The notes beneath the pieces are model-generated. The model was not told the DNA's origin. It did no database searches and saw only the letters and a list, made by a program, of their open reading frames with translations. The translations under genes and the position numbers were made by a program. From contig KZ538076.1 in assembly GCA_000934665.2 (NCBI GenBank), forward strand, positions 62,001 through 126,000: a stretch of DNA of 64,000 nucleotides. The letters are read 5' to 3'. The DNA is from Catajapyx aquilonaris (lineage: Eukaryota). Positions 36,244 to 51,052 of the stretch are shown here, piece by piece (position 1 is the stretch's first letter; each line of letters opens with the position of its first letter).

Positions 36244-36761
36244 CCCTTTGATGGCGGAGTTTTTTTGGCCATTTTAGTCTCTTATGAAAAAGAAATCTAG
36301 TAGGAGTAATATTAATGAAAAACAATATGCTCCAATATTTATCATTTCAACTCGTGGTGGTCCTTTTGAATATAAAATGCCGAAAAAATTCATCTACAGG
36401 GTGGTCCAGAAAAATTTTTAACGTGCAATTAACTTGAAACGTAATTAAATTTATTTAAATTTTTAACGTCACTATAAGATTGTTACTGTGGTTACATAAT
36501 ACTACTAAAACACTGTACTTTGAGAAATTACTACGAGTCCAGACGTCGCATGTTGTCAAAAACTTTCAGGCGGGAAGGGGTATGCTTAGCTCCCGCTGGG
36601 AGGCGGGAAAACTGATTAGCATACGCCATGATGGTTGAGTCCCCTTCCACGAGGTGGTAGGAGCAGTTTGAGCCTCAAACTGCGCCATTTTTGTGTAAAC
36701 TCTAGTGCTCCCCATTCAAAAACCAGCAGGACATCATATGATGTCCGTCGCCATCAAATGG
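36244..36761. mobile_element. piggyBac-like MITE
   Basis: TTAA|CCCTTTGATGGCG...CGCCATCAAATGG|TTAA. Confidence 0.75.
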
Positions 36762-37544
36762 TTAAATATACTCCAATATTTTAAAGCTGGACAATGCACC
36801 TGCACATGTGTCCCCTCCCCAAATCCCCAACCCTTACCCTATTTCCTAGTAATCCTTGCACCGGTGATTCGAAGAAAAACTAATTAGAAAACTGTATGGT
36901 GGTCTGCCACCCCCCCGAAAGGCCCATAGAGGGCCATCAAGGGGTACGAAAAATAAAATAAAAAAAATAAGCAAATATTTTAAAGCATACATTACTTTCC
37001 CACTGCTTCAGGTAACTTGAAAAATGTCAACACTTTCACTACAAATGTTGCCACAGGATATACTTAAGCATTCTCATACTTTAGTTTGCATATTGGTTAC
37101 CATTACACCTATCACTTGCTTTTCTTGAATAGTTCTACAATATCCACTTATGAAGTGTTGGGAAGGTTTGCATTGTTTTCAGGCAAGACTTCCATAAAGA
37201 GGGAGCTAGAAGAGCCACATGACACTTATGCAGTACTTGCTGCCCTTGGAGGAATACACAACTCATACATTCACAGTGTAATACTTGCAAGTTTAAAAAT
37301 AAAAACATTCACACACAGAATGTGTGCCTCTACGGTAAATTGCTTGTTGTCCTGGAGTGTCTTGGTACTTATAACTGTACCAACAAGAAAAGTGTCAACA
37401 TTCAATATTAATCCCTCCTGTTGATGACAGCACCTCAAATCCAAAAAAGTGTTCACCTTTGTGGCGTTTTGTGCAAGGAATAAACGCAGATGCTCATTAC
37501 ACACCCCTTGCCAACTGTCCTATATATATATATATACACACATA

Positions 37545-37977
37545 CAGGGTAAAGGGAAACTCGTGGACAATCGCCAGGTAGACTGATAGTACTTGTAAAA
37601 CTCATATAGGGACATGCAATTAGTTTTGGGGTCCATTGCATAGTTAATGCATACGGTGCCATCAAAGTTGCGTAACGTCACATCCGTTCCGCCAGAAGCA
37701 AAAGTCAGCTCGAGGGCCATCGGTCCCTTGCCTTGATCCCCTAACGCATCGTCCATGTGCAATAGGTGACCAAATCCCGTCAGAGTAAAAATCCGGGTAC
37801 GACATCCGCGCACTTTGTCATTTTTACCTCATAGTTTACCATCTGGCCCTCTACACTTTAAGGTGACATATGCATTAACTACGCAACGGAGCCAAAAACT
37901 AATTGCACATCCCTATATTAGTTTTGCAAGTACTATAAGTTTACCTGGCGTTTGTCTGCAAGTTTCCCTTCACCCTG
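37545..37977. mobile_element. Tc1/mariner-type MITE inserted in a (TA)/(CA) microsatellite
   Basis: TA|CAGGGTAAAGGGAAACT...AGTTTCCCTTCACCCTG|TA, with TIRs of about 105 bp. Confidence 0.8.
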
Positions 37978-38624
37978 TATATACACACACACATATATAT
38001 ATATACAGAACTAGTTCTTTGACACAGAGAGAGACAGAAATAAGCAGGTCACATTTGTTCAGGTATGGATAACTCACATTTATATAGCTATCACTTCTTG
38101 CATTACTTGGTAAGAGAAGGTATTCTCCAAAGAAGGCGGCCATGTATTTCTAATGGGACAATTTAAATTATTTTTTTAACTCACACTGAAGTGTCACTTA
38201 TTTAAATAGGCATGCAAAGGATTAATTTCCCCATTCTCTTGGCCTACTGTCAAGGACCAAATTTCCTACTGGACAATTATGAAGCAAGCCAAACTTCAAG
38301 ACATCCATTTCATGAACATAGGATGGTCATCCCAGGAGTATGAGAGTTGATACACATTTCAGCTTGTTTCACAATTGAAAGGGCCAGTACTCTTAAGTTT
38401 GTGCAAATCATTCCAAAATAGCCCTGGTTCTTAGTTCACATGTTATGGGTTGCGTTCCCCAGAAGCTTGCACCCATTTGGCTCAACAATAGCAATCATGG
38501 ATGCCCCTGACTTCCAGAAAACAATACAACACAAACGGTTTGAACTGCACTAGTATATGTTTGTCAATAAACTGGGGAACCTAAGTATGTAGCTAAACCT
38601 CAAAAAATCAGTGTTGTACATTAC

Positions 38625-39004
38625 TTTTGGAGTGAGAGGGCCATTGATTGCAGGTGTTGGTCCTTGATGGCCATTTTGGGAAGTCTGAAGCGGGGAAGAT
38701 GTGGGAATAGGTGGAAGTGGAGAAGCAGTGCTACTTACTGAGGAAGGAGAAGAGGAGGCATGGTCTATGGAGTTGACCAATTTTTGAGAGACTGGTACAG
38801 CAGGGATCTGAGATTGGAGTGGGATTGTTGGTTGTGATGACGGTGGGACCGATGGTGGAGGTTGCAGTTGTGGTGTCTGGTGGTGGGATGCTTGCTGCGC
38901 CTGCAACTGGCTGTGTGGTGTCATTGGCGTCAAGGTGCTGCCATGTTGACCAGTGCTCGATTCGCTGCTGTAGGCTGGGGATTCAACAGGCGATGTTACT
39001 CGCA
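38625..39004 (-). CDS. CNOT3: CNOT3 coding exon 9, Ser/Pro/Gln-rich linker
   Basis: Open low-complexity frame; phase 1 acceptor (acAG) and phase 0 donor (GTaatg) fit the neighbouring exons. Confidence 0.8.
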
Positions 39005-39066
39005 CTGTCTCAACATGAATAAAATTGGTTAATAAAACAATTACAATCAAATTTTAATATACGTAC

Positions 39067-39210
39067 AGTTTGCCCTTGATGGTGTGTTCTGCTGTAGGTT
39101 GGAAGTCGCAGCAACAGCAGCAGCAAAGTTTTGACCTCCAGCTAAAGTAACATGGTTACTAAGTCCCGAGCTTGGTGAACTGTTGTTGGGGGTGGACTGT
39201 GTTGTTGAAC
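39067..39210 (-). CDS. CNOT3: CNOT3 coding exon 8
   Basis: STTQSTPNNSSPSSGLSNHVTLAGGQNFAAAVAATSNLQQNTPSRAN; ttacAG acceptor and GTacgt donor, phase 1-1. Confidence 0.8.
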
Positions 39211-39630
39211 CTGTAATCGAAATATATTTACTCATGCCAGAAGAACCTCCTCAATCTGTCTCCATCCACGTGACTAGCATGAAGTACTGAATTGTGCAGC
39301 ATGTGGAGCAAATATCAGCTAACATCTGCATTGATTGAAATATTATGGAGTACTACTTGCTTATCAGCAGGTGTCCTGCCTGTTAAGTGGGCTGAGCTTG
39401 CCCACTACTGGTAGCTTCAGATGTACATTTTTTCTCTCTTTCAAAATGACTTTCATGTCTGTTACCCAGCCAGGGTAGACAGTGATAAGCAACCTGTCCG
39501 TGACATACAGATGTGAACTGACTTACATACACTATGGTTTACCAGGAGAAGCACAGGACAATTTCTAAGAAGCAACAGGAACCACTTGACACTAACTTGT
39601 AGTAGAAATCACATTTAAAAGTATACATAC

Positions 39631-39745
39631 CTGATACAGGCTTAATAGGTGTTGAGTTCTGGACTCCTCTGGGACCCGACTGGGATGATGTGCTAGACGA
39701 GCTGGACGCATTGTGAGTACCTTTAACTGCCATAGGTCTCACAGG
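39631..39745 (-). CDS. CNOT3: CNOT3 coding exon 7
   Basis: PVRPMAVKGTHNASSSSSTSSQSGPRGVQNSTPIKPVS; ggcAG acceptor and GTatgt donor. Confidence 0.8.
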
Positions 39746-39833
39746 CTGCCGATCAAAAATATATTTGTTACATACGGTACATCATTGTTATGCCACAAAA
39801 AGTTGACAACTGTTTCAGTGGTTGTAATGTCAC

Positions 39834-40013
39834 CTTTGAATTTTCCTCAATGGATTTCTTTCTCTTGTCTTCAGTGGAACTGTCACTGGAATGATTTGGT
39901 GCCAAAGCTGGTGATGGAGCAGGCGAGTTTCCAGATGTGGTTGAAGCGGGTGTTCCCCCTGTATCATTGCTGTTGTTACTAGCATCGGTGACAGAGGAAA
40001 CAGGCAATGTTAC
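39834..40013 (-). CDS. CNOT3: CNOT3 coding exon 6
   Basis: VTLPVSSVTDASNNSNDTGGTPASTTSGNSPAPSP...STEDKRKKSIEENSK; ttctAG acceptor and GTgaca donor. Confidence 0.85.
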
Positions 40014-40073
40014 CTAGAAAATAATTTAGTGTCAGAAACCTGTGCTACAAAAATGTACCACATTCAGTTTTAC

Positions 40074-40193
40074 CCCGGTGAGTTCTATTTCATCAAGACC
40101 AATGATATCATCATAAATGTATTCATTCTCCTTAAAATCAGGATCTTGAGATGACTCAATATAATACTCCACATCATCACGGATCTTCTTGAT
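40074..40193 (-). CDS. CNOT3: CNOT3 coding exon 5
   Basis: [40 protein letters not shown], the end of the Not3 N-terminal domain. It is absent from the ORF track and was translated by hand. Confidence 0.92.
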
Positions 40194-40267
40194 CTATCAA
40201 AACATATTGCCATGAGTATTCTGCATTACACTGGTACTTAGTCCACTACTTCAATTAACTCCCTCAC

Positions 40268-40447
40268 CTGCCCAACATCTATAGACATGTTGTCAAGCAT
40301 CCTCATCAATGTCTCCAACTTTCGAATGTGATAACGATGTTTCTCGAGCCATCCTTTAAGATCTTCTATCCTATCCTGCTTGTCCTTATCCAGCTTCTTC
40401 TTTTTGCCAGCTTGCAGTGATTCAATCTCACATTCCATCTGATCAAC
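40268..40447 (-). CDS. CNOT3: CNOT3 coding exon 4
   Basis: [60 protein letters not shown]. Confidence 0.95.
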
Positions 40448-40598
40448 CTGTGACAAACAAGTCGGCAGTAAATACATGTTTCTTGCATGTACAATAGGTT
40501 GTACAATATGATTGCGGCATTGTCAGGAATCATTCATAGTTAGACACCACCAAATTGGATTTCAAGGATTCACCCTGAAAAATAATCAAAACACGTAC

Positions 40599-40754
40599 CT
40601 GCAAATTCAACCCATCAATAGACGTTACCAGCCACTGGTTCATCTCTTCCCTCTCTTTCTGAGCAGGGTCCATTTTCTGTGCAGCCCCTAATCCTTCTTT
40701 GGAGTAAGCTTTGGTTTTAGTCTCCCTTTCTACAATCTTGAATCTCTCCATTTG
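40599..40754 (-). CDS. CNOT3: CNOT3 coding exon 3
   Basis: [52 protein letters not shown]. Confidence 0.97.
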
Positions 40755-40827
40755 CTGTAAACAACACAGAACATTTGTGTTACACCAGGTTCTAAGACTA
40801 CATACCATCAACAACTTCCAAACTCAC

Positions 40828-41060
40828 GGTTTCGATCAGCTTTCTATTGTCCAACAAGGTACTCTTGTCTTTAATCTCGCCCGATGCGATCCATGATTTG
40901 ATCTGGTCACGTAACCTCTGAAGCTTCTTAATTTCCTTCTTGAGATCAGCTTCATACTTCTCTTTCTGGTTGCTATTTGTAGCATTGTGAACTTTCTGCC
41001 AAATGTCTTCAAAGGTTTCAACACCTTCCGAAACCTTTTTCAGGCAACGGTCTATTTCAC
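40828..41060 (-). CDS. CNOT3: CNOT3 coding exon 2
   Basis: (G)[77 protein letters not shown], translated by hand; ctgcAG acceptor and GTgagt donor. Confidence 0.97.
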
Positions 41061-41794
41061 CTGCAGCACAAAATGGAATTAAATTACAATGTGCAGCTAT
41101 CTTATATGAAACAAAAAACTAACACTATACACTCTGTGGCATTTTCACTCATCCTATGCAGTTCCATTTGTGTGTGTGTGTGTAAAAATGTGGGTTACAC
41201 TCCACTAACAAGATAAATATTGCTTAGAAGCTCATGTAAGTCCTTTTCCAGTCAGTTTCATGTTCATTTTAGTAGTTAATAAGGTAGTAGTACAATTGTA
41301 TGTATTCCTTATCAAAAAATAATACCTGCATGCATATGGTAATTAACTTTTCTACCATATTATTCTACTACTTACTACTTGACCAACGCAGTGAATGCTG
41401 GTAATATTGTGAAACGTTACCCGTCTATTTCCACCTCAATGGGAGGCCAGCAATTATCACTACTCACCCTAGCCATCCCTAATAAGCCCAATCTGATGCA
41501 CGCACATCCCCTCAAGGCAGTAACATACAGGTCGAATGTGACTAAGCACTTACTACAGGTTTGTCAAGAAGTGTTCAATTTCACAATGATCAATTGAAAA
41601 TAGCCATAATTGGAACAGTAAGAGCAAAACATTAGCAGGCAATTCAAGTTCATCATGGCACAGTCTTGTTGCATTTCACAATCAACTAGATCAAAGTAGT
41701 AGTAGTAGTAGTAGTAGATTGTATCAAAATCCTGTCTAGTTAACCATCTCTGGTGTGTTTCTGGATGATTTCATATCCTTGTATGTAAGCAATG

Positions 41795-41887
41795 GGTTGA
41801 ATATTCATCCCACTGCTAGTATTGCTAACTTGGCAGTACCAGTGCTGGCTAGATAGCAGTAACTAGCAGTGGGACGAAAATTCCACC
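41795..41887. repeat. Short palindrome or mini-MITE
   Basis: TCATCCCACTGCTAGT / ACTAGCAGTGGGACGA inverted repeat. Confidence 0.5.
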
Positions 41888-44800
41888 ATATGTTTCAATA
41901 TAAGGGCCTGTAAAAGTTGGGCTGTTAGGAATATGCAGGAACTTTAAATGGGGGGCTTTCATATGGAAGAAATGCCTAGGATATAGCCTGCAAGTATTGT
42001 CACTGCCTTCCTACTCAAGTGTTACTGACATGCCCTTCATCTCATCCATACCGTTGTGTTTGAATATATAATAACCTAAGTCAGTATGTAAAGTGACATT
42101 AGGAGGGCAACAGTTAATGGACCATACAATTGGCAATATTTATGGTTTGTGGCACACACAAAAACTTCACTTTACAGGTAGGCTTTTGTCACTTGACAGA
42201 GTTTAAAACTTGAGTAACTTTAATTATACATTTGTTTGCTTGTCACAACAAAACTGCGTACGAGCAAACTGCTACAAAATTAGAATCAGGCTATTATTTG
42301 CTGCTTTTTGACCTATTACGATATCCCCCATGCCACACAGAAATTCAAGGTAATAACCCACATCACTTTACCACACACAAACTAACCTTTTGAGATTTGC
42401 ACAATTATATAATTAGAAGTCTAAAGGGAAACATGACCAATCTTTCAAGGAGTGAATATAAATAAATTAGAGCAAGCTTTAAGAGAGGGAGGGGGTGTCC
42501 CTGCCTCTACATATTGTACCCTTTGGTAGTGCTCAGATTCACTACTTTGTCACTATTTTAAGGTAATATCCCCTCTCCCATCTCTCTAATGGATATCATG
42601 GTTGATCAAGTTCCCACCCCATTAATTTGTTACAATCCACCATGCTAGCTCAATGACAGAAACCTGACATACTGTATATAGGTGAATTAACACAGTCAAC
42701 TAATAGCCAAAATGTTTACTGGCTCAATGTGTACAAGTTTGTCCACCCAGATATTAATCATGGTGCCCAGAAACACAAGGTGGCCCATTGATCAGGAAAT
42801 TCCTGGCCATGGTGGCCAGCACCAGAAGGATCACCCAGGCTGGCCAGGATTGTGGCTCAGCTAATACATGATCAGTAGGAACCTCCCACCACCTGCTCCC
42901 CCCTGCCTCCCAAACTAATCAAGAGAAGAAAATATGGCCGCTGATGCTGGCAAAACAGAGAGAAACACCTAGGACTGCCCCTAACGTTTGAACAACGGCC
43001 TAAATGGAGATGTTGGTCTTGCTGGACATGTGGGGAAGCTCTGCTGCCATGGAAAAATATTCAGCTTTCACAGCAGGCTATTCTGTAAGGAGCACAGATT
43101 CTTGAAATGCTCATGTGTCCCCCAAAATGCTGCTGAGAATGAGTACATTTGATTCCTAGCTAGCAGAAGGCAACATTTCCCAGCCAGACAGGAATTTTTC
43201 CTGACCAACGGTTGCCCATAAGAATGTGCCTTATTGGTGGCACCCCACACAACTACTCATACAGAAAATATCTGACAATTAGCCTCAAGTATACATCTTG
43301 TCATGCACATCTTAAGACACATTTAGTCACATTTGCTAAGATATTATGAGCGATCATGTCACCTACCAATGTCTAAAACAGAGAAGAAGAAACATGCGAA
43401 GACTAACCAAAAGACAAATTCATCCACCTTTATTAGCAACATATTCACAATAATCCACAGGCATTCAATTAAAGCATGCATCCTTTATTTCAATATAATT
43501 TTAGGACAATTCAAAAGCGTCAGTAAGAGCCACTACTAATTTTTTCCAAATCACTGGATCGACGTCAACATTCCCTCTCACTCCTAGCAAATACTTGATG
43601 TGCACCTGACAAGATCTTAACAAATCACTTTTCGCAATTGTCACTCATGTGTATGACAAAGAAATTGTTCAAGTTATTACATCAGGGGTGATCATGGTCC
43701 AGTTCTCCAGAAGTCCAGCCTTCATGAAAAACCGACAAAATAGTTTCCTAATGTAACATCAGCCTAATTTTTCTATAATCAATTATAAAAATGAGAATTA
43801 ACGAAACACTCAGGAAATATATACGTTGACATTTATGACAACGTATTAAAAATACGAACTTGGCCAAAAGACATGCAAGCATTAACGCACTAGTTGAATC
43901 CAAGGCCAAACACTCCTGGCGTGTTTTCTGTCATTGCGACAACTTCATCAATGTACGAGTCCAAAAATATAAATGTGGCCTTATCAATTAAAGCAATGAT
44001 CAAAGTCAATGGGGGGAGCTCAGATGGGGTTGACCTGCAGTTTTCTGAGTTAAAAAGTGAGCTATTTTTGTAATGGAGTTGAGAAGGAATTTCTCCTAAC
44101 TAGCATTTATGTATGAGAATCTGCTATAGTCATCAGGCATTAAGAACTACATTTCAACATGCGCTTTCAGATCTGCATGAAAAAGTTCAACTATACTTTT
44201 TTTAGATGCCTCCAGACACCAACCATAGACACAAGCATGCAACATTCATTTTCAGACAAATTGTTTGCCATTTCAGAGAAAACTGAATTCTCTAAACTTG
44301 ACTGCAGAGTCAAGAGGATCATCCATACGTTGACAGTGATCAATATGTTGCGGGTTCAAGTTAGAAAGAAGTTGTGGTGTCCCCAACTGTAGAAATGTAG
44401 GGCCAACTAGAACAGGATGACCCGATCTTCTTTAGTGGTTTGCTAACACTAGACCAAAGATTGTGCCTTGGTCCCGTCTCATCCTGGCTTCCTGTGACTC
44501 CTTCTCTATTGTGGAATAACACCTTCTCCAGAAGCTTGACAGTGCTTTCTCACCACTTGTAGGACAGGGTAACAGCCCAACCTCACCACACCTTGCCTGC
44601 CACCCANCCCCCCCCCCCATCAATGCCATCCCATAACTCGCTTAGGCCCAAGACTGTACCTGTTATAAAATGTTGGCCTGCATATCAGGAACAACTTCAT
44701 AAAATTGACATCAGATGTGGAAACATATGGGGGTGACTGCCCCATATATATGGGTTGTTCATTTGACTCAGCCGATTCCACAAAATGTGGGAAATAGGTG

Positions 44801-47800
44801 ATGCAATTAAATATCATACTGCACTTGGTTACAGTTTTAATAAGGTGGTATCACTTGGTGTGCTAAATAAGACCTGTGCTCCATCAGGCATGTCTGGACA
44901 AGCCTACTTGTTGATTGTTCATATCTCAGTATGGAATTCCGGTGGTGGATTTCAATAAATGAACTGAGCCAACCCTATTTTACACTAGGAGTCATTATTT
45001 AATCAAATTTACTCATCAACATCAGCCTCGAGCGAGTTTCATCTTTTCCTTTGCACCTTAACGTGATGAACACACATTTAAAAAATGACCGAACTCCTAA
45101 GATTCGTGTTTTTCCCACCAGGCATGACACCTTGCCTCAAAAATCTAAGAATATGCAAATATGCAGATTCAGTTCCTATCCCTAGTGCATATAATGCTTT
45201 AAAAAACTAATTGCACGTTTGGTACCTTTTCATATGGAGGTCATATAATAGTTGCTAATGTATTTTGAAACCTCAATCACAAAAAAGGTACATTGCCATG
45301 ATAGTTTTAACCTGGCTTGGTCCAGAAAAATGTGAGAAATCATTTCTAACATGATCAGTTGTTGTTACCTGCTATGGCTGTCTATGCCATGACTGCAGCA
45401 GAAATTCGGGGTTTACCACAGCAACTTACTGATATAACCAATCATGAAGATGGTTGCAAAAGTTATCATTATAATGGCCAAGCTTCCCTTGCAATCTTGG
45501 TGGAGACAAACCATACCAAATTTAACCTGTAAGCATCCTTTTTGAAAGATTGAGAGCTGCCAGATTATATTTGCAAAATTTGTGCAATATTTTGCAGCAC
45601 TAGATTTAACTGGGGCAGATTCTGATCACAAAGAAGTTGATTACAATACAGCACTCATGCAGGACCAAGCTTTTGCAGGTTCCAGTTTCCAATCAATGCT
45701 TAATTTGGTCAATCATGCTATTTATAATATTACATATAGCACCAGTAATCAGAAAATTACATTCTGTTAGCTGCAACACACACACACACTATTTCCTACA
45801 TGATGCCAAGAAATGAACCCACTATTTCACTAATTGATCAAGTGCATAAAGCCTACTTTCAGTAATCTTTGAAAACAATGGTATAGTCATAGTTCAAATG
45901 ATTGAACATTGTAAAAGCTTGGGTGTTATCCAGGGGTATATTTGATAGGCCCAGGCATAAACCAATAGCCAGCAGGGGTGACACTAGTGTTTACATCATA
46001 CAGTACCAAGGTCAGTACTCACTTATTATATTTTAATATTGTTTGATAATTTTCAGCTATAGTCATGTAGTGAAATGTATCAAAATGTAAACATCTAAGA
46101 ATTTCACACACTGACCCTGAGTCTAGTGCTTATCCATGACTATGTATTTAAGACAGATTGTTCTTGATTCCTATAAAAACACTAGCTATTATTACGTTAG
46201 TAGTGATTGGACACATAGTTGGTGTGATGGCACCAGTTCATACTGCACTGTCAGAAATAAGTGACCAGACACTCAATTAAAAGATGTAATGGTATAAGCA
46301 ATATTCAAACAATTAATTTCTAATCCATTTTCAGTGAGGGGAGGAGGAATCACACTACTAGAAATGTGAACCAGAACCTAAATGAATGTGATCATTATAA
46401 TCCTCACACATTCTTCATTATAATAGGAGGCTTACTTTTATACTGTATACTTAAATCGCATAGGGTCCGATGGTATTGCGCTATGTAAATGCCAGCATGA
46501 AATTTCCTGAACTAAAAGAAATACATTTGCCAACTGAAAGCTGAAAAGTAATCATTTACATGAGTACTGCTACATCATCATATGGTTGATGTATAGCCAG
46601 CTTACTGCCTGTAAGACAATGTGAATAGTATGGATAAATGTAAGCCTCAGAAAAGTGCCCCAAGAGAGGTTCCCAAGTTTGAATAACAATGTTACAAGAA
46701 AGGTAAAGGAATTTAAATAAAAAATAAGCACTCTTACGGTGTGAAGAATGGACCAAAAGCAGCAGGGCAAACCCCTCTACGTATTTTTAGCAGGTATTAT
46801 TCGTCTACAGCAGTGAAAGCCCTGCCTAGATTTTGTAAAATGGCTGATTGCATGACAGGTTACTGTAATATGGGCCATATGTTACTTTTCAGTTTGATAT
46901 ACTTCACATTGCCATCACTTTTCATAAGTCCCTCTGCATTCAAGTGAAAGATCTCTAAGTCTCATAATCAGCAAGTCTAATTTTTACAATCTCGAGCATT
47001 CCCATACAAAAAGCATAACTACACTAATAAGCCTCCCAAGTGAAATATTGCCCTTGCATTCCTAGTGAGAACCATCTGAACCACTACAAAATTATATACA
47101 GTACTACACCTCCAATAGCAAAGAGGAGAAAACTGACCTGTTTATCTGGGTTGACCTTGTAAATGTTTCAATACTTGCAATTAAATTCGTCAAATAGTTA
47201 CATTGCTTCGCATCATGCATTACTTAAAACCAGTTCACATTTCTGACAGTTGGAAGGAAGTACTGCTTATCATTTTGAAAGTACAAACAAGGCAACCAGC
47301 TGTAAAACCGGGTCATCATAAACTACCAGTGGACCACATTTACTTTGACATTCTCTAACGCCTACATTTTAATCATGTTCATATCGCTTTAAAAGTTCAA
47401 TTCATTGGATTTCCTCCTTAACTGGTACAATTGCAATTTCTTGCAATTTTCATGACTATCTCACCAAAGTTGAGCATATAAAAGTGAAATATTTCTCAAG
47501 CTTGTGACTTCCAAACATCACTCAACGAGTTAATCGTTAGTAATCACACATATTAGTACTATTTATTCACTCAATGTTGCTTCAACTGTGGAGTCCAACT
47601 TCCTTCCTTGACACACTTACTTCTGTACCAACTCTTTCTTTGCATTCACGTTCACACGGCTGCATTTTACAAGCCAGTTACCTGATAACTTCTTGTGGCC
47701 ACGGCAGTAGGGTCTGTCGTCACTCACCCTGTTGGTTGCCATAAATTCAACAACACTTCCTTCTAAATGGTGAAGTTCACAAGAAATTTTTATACTTTTC

Positions 47801-50144
47801 TTTTGTATCCTTTGTCCTCCTTCAATAAGACTCTAGCTCTGGAACAATAACCATTGAAAGATTGCATATAATATATTAAAGGGAAACTTGTTAACCAGAA
47901 GTTGTTTGTTTAAAGAGTATGGAAGGGCCACTTCACCACCAACCATGTTGCAATATTTTAAACCACCATCTTGTGAGCTAGTTTCTCTCACAAGATATCC
48001 AGTTTCTGCAAGCAACAAATACTAAAAAAGAAGTATCCTACTGCTAACATGCAACTTCAGGGGTACAAGGTATATTACTTTCATCTGGGAGTGCTCTATT
48101 GTGGCAAAGCACTTCCACATGCCTCTGTCAATTCTGAAGGCTTGATATTAATTCTCATAAAAAGAATATCATTTAATATTCACTAAAGGTGATTCTATTA
48201 ATAAGAATATTTACTTGTACTTCTCATAATTTTCCTAATGTATTTTGCTGCTATTAAAATGACAGGATTTACTGACCTTTAAGTGCATAACCCTGCTAGA
48301 ATGATGCTACTATGTTCCCATACTGGCATTATAAATAAATAAAATTTGATATATTGAGGGAATTCATGTGATGAAATCAATAGGCCAAATTATAAAAATG
48401 TCATGGAAAGTACCACAACACACAAATCAAATGGATCCACATATCACTTGTCCCTCCTAAATTTCTCATTGCAATAACTAATCCTACATTGAGACTGGCA
48501 CCACTTGATGTGGGATACCAAAACCACAACACTTGTGTTGGGTCCAGCACCATTTATGTTCGTAAATTTGGGGTGACTGCACCATTACTGTCCATCTTAG
48601 GGCCCAACCAGGCTCAATCCTTCACCACTTCCCAATTATTTTTGTTAAACACAAGCATAGTAAGCTGGGTTCTTATTGTGGGTTGGTATTCACACTATTA
48701 CTGTGCCAAGGAATGTTATTGTGGCTTTGCCAAACTGTACCTCATCAATTGGTGCCAGAACCTGGAATTTGGCAAGTGTTGTGGTTTATGAACACAAGCC
48801 CCTTGACAATATTGATGGAGCCACCTCACTTATAATGCATAACAAAAGTTGTGAGAACTCAAAAATCTAAATTTTGTCACTTGCTGGTGGCGTATTGCAA
48901 GAACTGCTGGAGAGACCCACGTCCATAAGCACTGCTCCTTGATTGAGGTGGGCAGGTGGAAGGGGAGAGGGAGCTGTACTCTCATAATTTTAATTCCCCA
49001 TTCGTTGGACTACACATATCATCTATTTTCTTGTGTTCCTTCTGCTTGTACAGGCTTCCTAATTTGAAGCAGTAACCAGAAATGGATTTCTTGACCCACA
49101 ACTGGATAGTTCCCCCACCACTTCCCACCCTCTCAGAAGCTCTGCTTTGCTGTCATAAAATCTAATAGTGACCACTAGGCTATACTCCAGCTACCAGCAA
49201 AGGATGACTACTGCAGATGGAAGGTAAGCACAGGAAATCACACTCATACTGTACGTTGAAAATTTTGGCTAATATCCTGCAATATTAATATTAGGTAATG
49301 AAATGTAGCTGTCTGATTCACCAATCCCTTGCATATTTGCTTATCAAAAATACCAATCAATTTGCAAATAAAAAAATAACAAAATGACAAACACAAAAAC
49401 CTTTTGACAGTTCTAGCAGAAGAATAACTTCGTATCATTTGCATTTTTGACATTTACATAGCCAGTTAAGCAAGGGCATTGCAGCATGAACAAGCCACAT
49501 GACTTTTGAAATCATTCCTTCATTGTTGATCACAAGTGTTGAGGGTCCAGATGGTACCAGTCTCTACATCAGTTACACGACTAGAATGAAAACATTTTGT
49601 GACCCACAATGTCCTTGGTATACAAAAATAGTAGAAAGGGTAGAAGCAAGCAGCGATTGACTCAACATAGCAACAAGAATGATTAGTATCACAAATTTTC
49701 CACATCTATTATAGAGCTTATTACATTGGGGTCATGTTATTGCATGGCTGCAAGCAGGAACATTCACTTGTAAATCAGCAACGTGAAAAATGCTCAACTT
49801 CCTCAGATTCTCAATGTACCAAACTCTACTCGACAGGGAAAATCTTGCACCTGACAGCATCAGACCATCAAAAGTCCAGATCAGATACATTGATAATAAT
49901 CTGAGATTTTTATTGTACTCAAAATGGTAGTAACTGGCCCTATGGAAGTAACTTAATCCTGTCTTTGATGCTCAAGTATTCCTGGTATGAGTAGGAAGGT
50001 GTCATTGCTAGATCCAGAACAATGGGCTACAAGACAATCCAGAATTCCATTCACCATCCACATAATGAGAACATGATCATCAAAATTACTTGGGGCTCCA
50101 CCACAAATGTGTGTGTAAAAGGGCAAGGTGTCATACAGTAGGTA

Positions 50145-51052
50145 CTGTAAGGGGGGGTGACTTAGTGACAAATCAGTTTTTCAATTCTCGCGCCACTATC
50201 ATTTACGCTTTTTGACTGAAACCAGCGGCAGTCGATGGCTCCGAATGTGGTGCCACCTACCAGACAGCTGGGAAAGCTCCCACACCTCGTGCATTGTTGG
50301 CAGTCATATTCCAAGTTTGCACACTGCAAGAATTGTTGGCTCTACCTTTGACTACTTTCCATAATAGTGACTCGCGTAGTTGCAAAGAGAGTAACACATG
50401 TAACCTATTTTTAAGACTAATACATTAGCTACGAAATTATACAATATGATGCACGATTGAACTTCTTTCGAAGAAGATACGAGGGTGTTAGATGAATGTC
50501 GTACTATTGCAGGGTGACTTTGTGACACCATAAACTTGTCACAAAGTCAGTCCACAGGTATTATTTAAAGCTTTGACCTATGTCCCGGTCATTTAGGGTA
50601 TCGTACCACTCGAAATTATACACATCCAAATGAAAATCCAAAGAAATCAGCCACCGAGGACTTTACAAAGTTAAGGACTTGAATGAAAAGATATAATATT
50701 ACATTATACATGATAAATTTTTAAAAATAATAAATCATTGTAAAGACGACAATATGTCTCAAGTAAAGAGTTTGTGGGGCTCCTTTGCTATATTTTCTGT
50801 TTCTCATGTTTAATCTTAAGGAAATGACCACTGTCACAAAGTCACCCCACATAGCCAGGTGACTGTGTGACAAATGTAAATGTGAATATTTTTGTAACGG
50901 ATCAAGTTATCGATACGATCCTCACATGGATATGTAGAGGAAGGATGAGGGTACAAACCTCCATAAGACACATACTGGAAAAACATTAACCTGTTTCTGT
51001 TGATACAGAAAAAAAACCCTCAAAAACGTCACAAAGTCACCCAAACTTGCGG
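50145..51052. mobile_element. TA-flanked non-autonomous DNA transposon (pogo-like) with internal copies of the terminal motif
   Basis: TA|CTGTAAG..GGGTGACTTAGTGAC...GTCACAAAGTCACCC..CTTGCGG|TA. The GGTGACTTTGTGACA motif repeats near 50513, 50538 (inverted), 50833 (inverted) and 50858. Confidence 0.7.
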
